Positions 1 through 10,379 of a DNA stretch of 64,000 nucleotides are shown one piece after another; positions within the stretch are counted from its first letter, which is position 1; each line of letters begins with the position of its first letter. The notes below the pieces were generated by a model. It was not told the DNA's origin. It was given only the letters and a program-made list of their open reading frames with translations, and searched no databases. The position numbers were made by a program, and so were the translations under genes. Origin of the DNA: Harriotta raleighana (taxonomy: Eukaryota); contig JBNZDD010013724.1 in the NCBI GenBank assembly GCA_050575255.1, positions 6,747,786-6,811,785 of the forward strand. Reading direction: 5' to 3'.

Positions 1-310
1 GCTGAAAGCCCGGCCGCCGATGGTAGGACGGTTAGGGCAGGGGATGTGGAGCAGACCAGTGCCAGAGGAACGGAGGGTACGGGCAGGTAGATAGGGGGAT
101 AGTAGGTCGGAGAGGTAGGAGGGAGCAAGGCCGTGAATGGCCTTGTAGGTGAGGATGAGGATCTTGAATTTGATCCTTTGGGGGATGGGGAGCCAGTGGA
201 GACGGGCGAGGGTGGGAGAGATGTGGTCTCGAAGCCTGGAGCGGGAGAGTACACGAGCTGCAGAGTTCTGGATGACCTGCAGCTTGTGGATGGAGGAGCC
301 GTGGATGGAC
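1..310 (-). mobile_element. L2-clade LINE ORF2 C-terminal fragment
   Basis: The minus strand translates to ...KLQVIQNSAARVL...LHWLPIPQRIKFKILILTYKAIHGLAPPYLSDLL..., the typical L2 ORF2 C-terminus. Confidence 0.9.
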
Positions 311-808
311 AGGCCAAAACCTTGGGAAAGTATCCTTACTCCACACATAAGAACATAAGAATTAGGAGCAGGAGTAGGCCATTCGGCCCTTCAAGCCTGC
401 CCCGCCATTCAATAAGATCATGGCTGATCTTCTGACCTAACTCTAATTACCTGCCCTATCCCCATATCCCCTAATATCTCTATATATTAAAAATCTATCA
501 GTCTCAGCCTTGAAAATGTTCAAGAACTGAGCATCTACAGACTTCTGGGGTAGTGAATTCCATAAATTCCATAAATTCACTATCCTCTGAGTGAAGAAAT
601 GTTTCCTGAACTCTGTTCTAAACGCCTGATAATAATCCCTCAAAAAATACAATAATCCCAAAATTGGTCAATTCAATCCACCACTGTGTGGGGGACACTG
701 CTGTGCACAATTGGCTGCCACATTTTGCCTACATATATACTGTCAATTCATTTTACAGTATATTCTGTGAAGCGTTTTGAGATGTCTAATGTAAGGATTA
801 TTATTATT
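311..808 (+). mobile_element. 5'-truncated tRNA-derived SINE split by a CR1 insertion (parts ~311-346 and ~624-808)
   Basis: aaaccttggg...tccttactccac / gcctgataataatccc...gtgaagcg...ggattattatt matches the other SINE copies in the window. Confidence 0.85.
345..622 (-). mobile_element. CR1-type LINE 3' end
   Basis: Minus-strand FRTEFRKHFFTQRIVNLWN.LP...FK.E.DRFL; 3'UTR ggccgaatggcctactcctgctcct; (ttcttatg) tail. Confidence 0.9.
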
Positions 809-1816
809 GCAACTTGCCCCAGGCCTCCTACGGTGATGTACTGTATGTGGTTGAGTCCAGGCACCAGCAGGTGTGAGCCACCTCTCCAGACTCTCCCTCT
901 GGAGAGTAGCCTGGCTCTAGCTGTTCTCATCATGACGACACAGCTGAGATCAGTAATCCATATTGTAGATTGCAAGCACGAGCACCGTGTGACGCAGGGC
1001 ATTGAGCTACACTGCTTTGCACATGACCATACTTCAAGTAAGATCACTGACACTGCTTTCATACACTGATTAAAATCAAAGGCTTGTGTATGTTTGAATT
1101 CCACAGCAATTTTAACGGAACGACAGCATAGTTCTCCACCTTATTGTTTTTACTATCAACACAGTAAGCTGTGTGGCTGCTTATTTTGCTGGTTCTCGCT
1201 GTATCCAGACTTAGCTGATTTCCAAGTGACTAAACGTTTGTCAGAATTAGTTTTGTCTCCTCAAGCTGAGAGGCAGAAAATTCAAAACGATTTTTGTTTA
1301 TTCAGTTTGATGAATGTTTGCACTTCGCTATTACCCTTCCCGACTTCAGCACAATGCGTCTTATAATTCCAAAGCTGAAATGCGAGAGAGCGATACAGAA
1401 ATGCCGACAGATGGGGGGTGGTGGGGGGGATGGGGGGGGTAAAACTTTAATCTTTGCAAATGCTATGAAGATGTTGCATTTCTACGAAAGCAATAAAAAC
1501 AAACGAGGGCGAGAGCAAGAAAATCTTTCTACAACAACAACAAAATTACATTTATAGAGTGCCTTTCACGCCTAATGTTCTACCGAGATCTATCATTTCA
1601 CTCGAGATAACATGAAACTACTAAGCACTTTAGGATATGCTTTTATCTGGAGGTAGCCTCATAAAGGTGTGGCACATAAAGCAGGATTTAATCACAGCAT
1701 GGGACTGAAGATTCAAAGGTTGAGTAGTTTAAAGATTTACTGTACTTAGCTATAGCTCCACCTTCCCGATACATCATTGGCTTTATCATGGAACACTGCC
1801 TCTGATTGACAACACT

Positions 1817-1980
1817 GCCTACTTTTAATAACTTGTCATGTGATGCTGAACAGTAGCATTAGTGTAGTAGTAAGACAGGTGCCTTCAGTTCTGTCTCTGG
1901 AAGGGGCCAGTACCCCACACGTGTGACTGCTGTGTGTGAGCGTGGATTTATTGTGGCTTTTGCTTTAAGTCAGAAGCTGA
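1817..1980 (+). promoter_or_regulatory. Proximal promoter/TSS region and 5'UTR of PPARGC1A
   Basis: M-box/CLEAR-like GTCATGTGA at 1835-1843; TAGTAAGACAGGTGCCTTCAGTTC at 1868-1891 matches, from memory, the 5' end of the human mRNA; CACGTG at 1918-1923. Confidence 0.75.
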
Positions 1981-2028
1981 ATGGCGTGGGACAGGTGCAA
2001 CCAAGGCTTTGAGTGGAGTGAAACAGAG
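1981..2028 (+). CDS. PPARGC1A: PGC-1alpha exon 1 (coding part), MAWDRCNQGFEWSETE
   Basis: ATG at 1981; 16 codons match the PGC-1alpha N-terminus (MAWDxCNQ...WS.xE); donor GAG|gtgagc; phase 0 matches exon 2. Confidence 0.95.
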
Positions 2029-5000
2029 GTGAGCTGGAACACTGTAAGTGATATTTGCGAAAGAAGAAATTAATATCATCTCTAAATGAGGAGGGAATAT
2101 TACTTAAAACTGTACTTGCCTACCCTTCAACTTAGTGCCTTGCACTTGTTATGCTTGGAATCAGTGAAAAAGTATGTTCAGTATGTATGTGCAAATGAAT
2201 TCTGCTTTCATTTTCATCTGAGAGAACCAGCTTTACTAAAGCTCTCAAAACATAACATTAAGACTTCAGAGTGGTGTAAATCCTATACAGTACTACCTTA
2301 CGCAGTGTATTAATTTTGTGCTGGGTGTTTTATTAGTATCTCCTTAGTTTGAAATGCAATTAGGTATGTTGTGGTTTCTCATAGCTGTGATAGGTGACAT
2401 AGCCTTTTATTGAAATGCTCAGTTCTGAAACAACTTGTGTCATGAGGTTCAGATGCAACCTAAAATCTCACTGTCATTTGGTAATCTTATTGGCACAATG
2501 CCACAAGCTGTCAGAATGCTGGAGTAAATGAAGGTAGTGAGCACATTGAGAATACACCAAAGGTTTAGTTTTCGATGCACTTTAAATTCTGATCATTTCC
2601 CAAGCTTGGACCCTTGCTACACAATAGTTTTGCTAGTGGATCTGCAGGTTTTTTTTTGTATGAAAAAGAAAATGTTAGATCTAGAGCATCCACAGTGGGC
2701 AGTGCAGCAGCTACAGAAGGTCTATATGGAAAGACTGCTGCTGCTAATGTAAAAATAGATGCCAATATATCAAGTCAGTATCACCTGCATGGGAACAATT
2801 CATGAAGAAAAAGCAGGCGAATTTGCAGTTGCTCTCTAGGGTATGCTAGTAGTAAGTTTATGGCTCTATAAGGGATTTTATGTGTTCATTTTGAGATCCT
2901 GAAATACTCGTATTGGCAAGAAGATTGCAGCTAACCTTGTGATAATCTTGAGACAGCTTATACTAAACACTGAATATAAGCTTTCCTGTAGCAGAGGCTC
3001 CTTCTTGCCTCTGTTTTCTCTCAAAGTAATTGTCATAATGCAGAAGTTGGACCTTTGGCACAAGTATATTTGTTTTACTTGCCGTTTGAGTAGTTTTGCT
3101 TACCTGCCAACATACAACACAGAAATGTTGCTTCCCAATTCATAGGTGCTGGGAATTTAACAGACTTCTTGCAGCCTCAAAGGCTGCCTGCGTCACATAA
3201 GTTTAGGATTTGCAAGCTCTCATTTTCATTCGATTGTGAGTTATGTGGAAAGTCATACGGAATTAAGCTAAATTGAATCACCACAACATGTTATGATATT
3301 AATTGCAATCTTGCCTGCAATATGTGAAAATATTGTGATGGTGACTGTTGCTTTAGGGAGAGCAGATAATGGTTGAGCAAATCTAGCAAGTCAGTGTGTT
3401 GAGCTCTATAGCCGTGTAGCTGGTATATTTTGGGTACCTCATTTATCATATTACATTATAGGTATATAATATTTTCTAACAATAAGCCGCATTGTAGAAA
3501 GCTATTGCCCTGAGTGTATAGAAGTGACTGATAAGCACTCAAAATCAGTTATGCAATCCGTGGGGCAATACTGTAGTTTAGCAATTATAGCTGAAAACTA
3601 CAATTGATTTTTAAAAATATATATAACTTTGAGCAATATTTATTTCACACATGATGAAATGACCCATTTTAGTGGGAGCTGAAACAGGTTGTACAACTTG
3701 GATTTCAATTTCAGTTGGGAAATAGTCTTTGCTGAGTTGTCCACTGACATAAATTAAAGGGCAACAGTGCAAACTATTTTGTAACAGAACATTATGTTTA
3801 GTGTTTTTGGTTGAGGTTATAAACTTTACTCTTAATATATTTCAGCTGAGGAATAAAGTCCCTTGAATTATCCTATGATTGTAAATGTTCTAACTGGAAA
3901 TGTCAGTGATCTTACCCAATGTTGTTAAATTGTACCTTGTTACCTTCCTTTAGTTTACAAATGCTGAATGGTGGAGGTGAGGTAGGTGTGGGTGGTGGGG
4001 GGTGGGGGAAAAGATATGCGTGATAACACAAACCTGTGTTGCAGTGACATTTTTATGAATGGGGACAGTGGATTATGGGCCGCCCTCTTCATTCATTATG
4101 TCACATTATGGGAACCTCTGCACAAAATGCTGACCCGGTGATTTCAAACCAGAAAGCCAAGCAGCACCTGGTAAAGTATAGTGAGGATGTTGTATAACAC
4201 TTCTGATTGGGTGTGTGTTTTTTGGGGGGTCAGCGGATGTCTTGGTCTATCACCAAGCTTAAGAGTATCCAAACCAAACTGTTGAGATTTCCATTTACGT
4301 TTGTCTGGTATGAAGTGTGCACTATGTCTCCAGAGGTATGCATCAATACAAACTTACCTAATCCAGGAGAATTTCAGTGCAGTTTCACGAGACAAGACTG
4401 AGGGGCCCCAGAGTTGTACTGGGGAATTGCTGAAATATTTGCGCATACATATATGTATACTGTATATATAATTGTTGCATTAACAAACAATGACTGACAG
4501 TAAATATATAGGTAAGTACAGTATAAAGATACCCAATTTTGTCAATCATTGGGTTTCTGGGACACATTTTTAACTACAGGTCGCTTTAGGAAGCTCTGGT
4601 TAGATAAAATTGTATTCTTTTAAATTTGAAAACAATAGCATTTATTTAGGAAGCCATACAAGAGAAATGATTCAGCTGCTCAAATTAGCAGCAGACTAGT
4701 ACTTTGAATAAAGGACTGAGAGTGTCCGAGGGCTGGGTTTCCCTTTGTCAGATCCAGACCCTGTCTTCAGTATTTGTAAGCTGTAAGTAGAAGCACTATC
4801 GAAAGTGGGGGAGATACCCCCTTTGAAAGAAAAATAACGGAGGGTTAAGAACACCATGATTTTGTGTTGCCCTTTCACACCAGTCTGGTTTAATTAAAGG
4901 AAGGCAGAACTATGTAATTGTACAGAACTACTGGTACTCATTGAAAAGGGTTCTCTATGCTGTAAAAATTCTTAAGCGGAAGCTGGTGCATGTGTGCAGA

Positions 5001-5407
5001 ATGGAAATCTGAACGCTGCAATTTCTCATGTTCTGAGGCTGGAGTCTATTGTCAAAATTTAAGATCATGTGAAATTTTGGAACAAAGTCTCAATTCAGTC
5101 TTCATTTGGGAAGCCAATTTTCTGCAGTATAAAAATGAGCATTTCAGGCCATTTGTTCCAACTCAGTGAATAAATTGGGGTGGAAATCAAAAGAGGAGAA
5201 TTGGAAATTGTACGGCTTTTGCTTATCTCACCGACTGCCCCATTGGATAAAGTCTGGGAGTATACTATGCCTTCCTTTTCATGAAACAGTGAACTAAAAT
5301 TCTGTGAATGGTTACAATTCAGAATGAATTTACAAACCATCTGTGCTAGGTTAGTGAAGTCAAATATTGTAAAGTCACATTGTCCTTTTTGTATTTTTCT
5401 CCATTAG

Positions 5408-5590
5408 TGTGCTGCTTTAGTTGGTGAAGACCAGCCCCTGTGTTCAGATCTCCCAGAACTTGACCTTTCTGAGCTTGATGTAAATGACTTGGACACAGAA
5501 AACTTTCTGGGTGGACTCAAGTGGTACAGCGACCAATCCGAAATCATTTCCAACCAGTATGGCAATGAGTCAGCTGCGGCTCTCTTTGAG
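5408..5590 (+). CDS. PPARGC1A: PGC-1alpha exon 2, CAALVGEDQPLCSDLPELDLSELDVNDLD...ALFE (activation domain)
   Basis: Pyrimidine tract + tag| acceptor; GAG|gtaagc donor; 183 nt; near identity to vertebrate PGC-1alpha. Confidence 0.98.
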
Positions 5591-6844
5591 GTAAGCCAGT
5601 ACAATAGCAGGAAGAATCACCATTTCTGCTGTTTAGGAAGCATTGGCAGTCTGCCCAGTTCATAGTAGTCTTTATCCAAAGCTATTGTTCAAAAGGTACA
5701 CGCTTGTAAAAAAGGCTGTTTGTAATTAGAAAAAAAATTCCAATCCAATGTTCTTGAAGTAATTTCCATAATATCAGCAAACCATTAATAACTTCCCTTT
5801 ATGTAGCATCTTTCGTGTAGAGCGATTCACTGTGGTGGGGTCAGTATCAAGCAAGGGACTGAAGGAGGTAACCATAGGCAGAGTTGAAAAGGTAAACCAA
5901 AAATAAGTGATCAATTTCATTAAATTGTCAATGAGCTGAGGAGCAAGGTCTCATGGAGTTCGAACTGGTGCATGTGTGCCTACCCGAGGTTACGTAATGT
6001 TATAATTTTTATTCCACAAGTGACTGACCCGATAACGTAGGAGCGGTGAAGATGGGAGTTAAGCAAGTTGTGGCCATGGCTACAATAGGGAACTCTACCA
6101 ACTCCAACAGATTCTCACTCTTATGTTACCTTTGTGCTGAACACAATGTAAGTAAATGAAATTCAAATGGGAAATGAATCAATGTGCAAACTGAAGTTCA
6201 CCTTGAAACTTTTTCTTCCCAATACAATCTTCTCTCAATGGTAACATTAACTCCATGAAATAGATTTAAAAAACATTGCGGGCGATGACATTATCACGTA
6301 TCATCTAAATATAAAATCCCTCCCACTACATTTCATTGCATTTTCTCGATGCACATACATGTCACCCAAAGATGTTCTAAAATTAATGTATTATGAATAG
6401 CTACCAGGGAGTTAAAAGGTATTAACACAGTCAAGGCCAGGAGGTTGGTTGGATTAAATGCAAGAGGGAAGCTGGAGCAGTTAGTAGTTTGTTTGAATAA
6501 GAAAAGCTTTGGTGCCTTCAATATCCTCCTAAAAATCCTTTAGAATTTATTTGAATAAATTACTTATACAAATTTAAACTTTAATGGTGTAGCTTTTGGA
6601 TTCATGTGTTGAGAAATGTTTCATGTCAAGAAACTTTGACAATGTGCATTGACATGGGCATTCAGCCATTGGCAGTAGGAATTTCTCGCCCGTGATGTCT
6701 TGCCAGTTTTGGAGCTGCCTCAATGATATGAATACATACTGTGAACATTTGTTGCATTAGGGAATGAAACAAGGCATCACATGATTAATAGAAACTTACG
6801 CTTTGAAAAAAAATCATTAATATGTATATATTTTAATTGATGAC

Positions 6845-7148
6845 AATCATCCTTGCATTTCATGCTTTTCATTTTCTCTAGACGTCCCAAAGTGTTTCAC
6901 AGAATATATTGTAAAGTGAATTGACAGTATATTTATAGGTGAAACGCAGCAGACAATTGCACACAGCAGTGTCCCACAAACAGTTTGTGGATTGAGTGAC
7001 CAATTTATTATTGTTTTCTTTTTTCTTGAGGTATTATTATCAGGCATATGGAGTAAGGAAACTTGGCCATGGTTTTGCCCTGCCGGGAATCGAACCCAGG
7101 TCTCTGGCTTGCAAAGTGAGTGCTCTAACCACTGAGCTACAGGACTCC
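6845..7148 (-). mobile_element. Full-length tRNA-Ala(TGC)-derived SINE with L2-like tail
   Basis: A box TAGCTCAGTGG and B box GGTTCGATTCC on the minus strand; body and tail shared with the other copies. Confidence 0.9.
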
Positions 7149-8699
7149 TGATCTTAAATTGCCTAGGAGTATTCATTAGTGTACGCAACTAAATCGCTGA
7201 TTTCATAAGATGAAAACCAACCTGGATTAAGTGACCTAGTGGCATACTGACCTGCTAACATACTGCTTCAGAAAAATGGAAGGAGTTGCATCTGAGACAC
7301 CATATATGGTAAGTTGTCAGTCAAAGTACTTAAAGGAGGCAAGGAGCTTCTGAAGTGCCACTTGAGGTCAGTCATGTACTATGGGATGGATACAGAGTGA
7401 AATGGCAAACCTTGGGAAAAGAGTGCTGCCAAGCCTGTTCTTCAGCTGCAAATCTAACACTGGGTTTGGAATGCAATATGTTCAAAAAGTGCAAAATGTT
7501 AAACTCAAAGCAAACTAGGATTGATTGTTCAAATAGCAAGGTTAATGCTCCAAATCACTCATGGATTGGCATGGAGCCTTTGACATATTTAATACTTTGA
7601 GATAGATCAACAGGATTATTTTCTTAGTCAGAAGTAGCTCTATGATGTATACAGATGTGCTACTACTTTATGGCTAGATACTGTTGAAAAAATCTCAATA
7701 TTACTGCAGTGACTATTACAGCAATGACAATATAGCATTACTGAAGAATGCTTTTTGTCAGTATGAATTGTAAATATAAATGTAGATAGAATATTTGTTA
7801 AATCTAAGAAATTATCAGATCTCTAAATATTGTCTAAAAACAAGAGTGTACATCAAAGATGTACAGCCCCGATGTTAACTATTTATATAATACAGAGCAT
7901 CTTAACCTATGAGTGTCATTCATCTACAGTCTCAGAGATTAACACGTGATAGGAACAAAACATTTGTAACTAGTTCATCCTGTAGATATCAGGATGTATT
8001 TGAGACTATCTACTGGAACTCTGCTTGGACACAGATTGAGCCAAAGTCCTACCATGTGTCAGGAGCCTCATTTAGCTGTAATACAGCTTCATAGACGACA
8101 AACTGTATAGCATCCAACATATTTCTAGCAGGTCAATCTCTGACTTACAGGACTCTCTAGTTACAAAAGTTCTAGAGAATCTATATCACCATTGCCCTCT
8201 TGTTTTGAATTGTGCGAGGTGAAAAGTAGAGCTAATGGAAAGGATGATGGAGAGGAGCAGAGGCTCACATCTTCAAATATTACATGGAGGTAACATTTAC
8301 ATGTTCAGGAAAGCATCAAGGAATCCCAAAATGTTTTTTTTATTAGATTGGAATAAACTCCCCACACATAGCTCTGTAAGACTCTCCTGTCTCTGATGAT
8401 CTGTGCCACATACCCACACACATCCACTGCTTTAGATCAGCTGCCAACAGCCCGAGTGAAAAGAAACAGAAAACTACAATAAAGTGGGAATGTCAGTTCG
8501 GTCTTGATATGAGGAGTGTAAACATAGGCAGAGGAATCTCGATTGTGTAGCTCATAGACCAGGAATAGCACATCCATTGCTGACATAAGTAAGGAGATTT
8601 GGAGCAAATTTATGGAATTCCTTAACACTTTGTGCTAATTAAGACAAGGAATATAACTATAACTTGCACTGATTTTGCACCCTCCACGCAGGGTAGCAT

Positions 8700-8940
8700 C
8701 TCAGAACACTTATCAGTGGCACTGGTGGAGCCTGACTTTGAGCCAGGGGAGGGAGATGGCCATAAACACGGTCGAAGAGGAAGGTTTTCAGGCGGGTCAA
8801 CAAAAAAGGGAGAAAGCAGACAAGATGGGGGGATTGAGTGAGTGTTCCAGAGTTTTGGGGCGTGGTAGCTGAAAGTGTGATCTCCGATGGATTAGGTGCA
8901 AGGGATGAGCAGGAGACCGGCGCTGTCGGTCATTAAGGAA
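8700..8940 (-). mobile_element. Decayed L2 3' fragment
   Basis: gaagaggaagg...gttccagag...gctgaaag...ccgatgg is the reverse complement of the L2 3' region seen at 15815-16188. Confidence 0.6.
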
Positions 8941-9827
8941 TACCACAAATTTTACGCCTTCCGGTAATTGAGGAATCCAAACATCTGGTAGCAAGGGGAC
9001 AATGTGGAACAGAATATGCATGAACAAAAAGCCTTGAAAAAATTAAGCCATAGAATGCATTGCAGGCAATTAACGATTTACAGACTTTAATAAGTGTAAA
9101 ATGTCCAATCTTATGGCGACATACAGTGTAACTATTTTTGCAGTATCTTGCAAAGTGTATCTTCAAAATAAAGTACAAGAAATTGAAATTAACACTCCCA
9201 TGTTGGATAAACTTGACAGAAAACAAGTGAAAGGAGAGACTTTTTTTCAAAAAAAGGTACAGGGGTATTTCTTTTATATATCATCTTTTGTTGTATGTAT
9301 TGTTTTAACATATCTCAGGATAACTTTTGGGTGAACTAATTCTAGATGGATTAGTCAAAATGAAACAACGATAGCATTTCAAAACCTGTTCAAAAACAAA
9401 TGGATTGAATTTAATCTCCCCAACATTCATTTTTAATTTTAAAAATGAATTCATTGTTTGCGTCATTTTCATTAAAGGCAACTGTCTTTGTCACAATAAT
9501 TCTGAATTGTTTAAAATATATATTCAATATTCATTAGAAAATGGTAGAGAATTAAAATAATTTGCTGGTGATAGTGGGTCACCAATTAATAGTGTCCAGG
9601 CAGTGGAGTCTCTTATAAATGGATTATAATATTTTCCTGGAATAAAGAAATAAGAGAACAATTTTTTTGTGATCAGCATAGAATCAGTTCCATTGTTCTT
9701 AACAAAGCTAGTCAAGTACTGTATTTGGTTCCAACCCCATCAGCTATGCATGAAACCAACTTATTCCAGTTTTTCTAACTGCCTGATTAAAAGGTCATTT
9801 CCAAAATATTTGGATTAATCTCTAACC

Positions 9828-10379
9828 TCTAGAATGCATTGCCTGAAAAGGTGGTGGAGGCCGATTCGATAAGAACTTTTAAAAGAGAGGTAGACATTTA
9901 CAGTAAAACCCCGTTTATCCGGCATGCTCGGGTGGGGGTCGACCAACTGTGCCGGATAAATGGGGGACAAGTTGCCGAAAACCCAACATAAAAAATTTAA
10001 CTTATTTTAAAACATACCATGTTAATAATACTCTAAATAGTAACAGAATATTGTATGGATACTTACCAACAAAGCATTCCAGCACAGTCCGTAAAAAATC
10101 CAAGTGCATAAGTTTAATAAGGGCGCAAGCGCACGCATTGCACACATGCGCCAAATGAGCGAACTTGCGATTCCTGGAATGTGGAATTGCCCCGGGAGAG
10201 GGTCGAGGAATCCGTTGATCAGGTCATTGATAAACAAGGTTTTACTGTATTTGGGGAAGACGGGTTTGTGAGGTTATGGGGAGAGAGCTGGGGAGTGGGA
10301 TTAAATTGCTCTTTATAAAGAGCCGGCATAGACTCGATGGGCCGAATGGTCTCCTTTTGTGCCGTAAGATTCTATGATT
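9828..10379 (+). mobile_element. CR1 3' end interrupted by a MITE
   Basis: gaatgcattgcctgaaaaggtggtggaggccgattcg...ggccgaatgg...attctatgatt, colinear with the CR1 at 17060-17235 once the MITE is removed. Confidence 0.85.
9901..10247. mobile_element. Tc1/mariner (Tigger/pogo-type) MITE, 347 bp
   Basis: TIRs CAGTAAAACCCCGTTTATC / GATAAACAAGGTTTTACTG (17/19 match); TA on both sides; the host CR1 resumes after the element. Confidence 0.9.

Noticed and set aside
686-1557. Several 87-127 aa ORFs upstream of the gene
   Set aside because: Partly SINE-derived, overlapping on both strands, and with no recognisable domain or splice structure
7070-7148. tRNA-Ala(TGC)-like sequences (also at 23526 and 57874)
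   Set aside because: No proper acceptor stem or Pol III terminator, and each continues into a shared SINE body and tail, so they are SINE heads rather than tRNA genes
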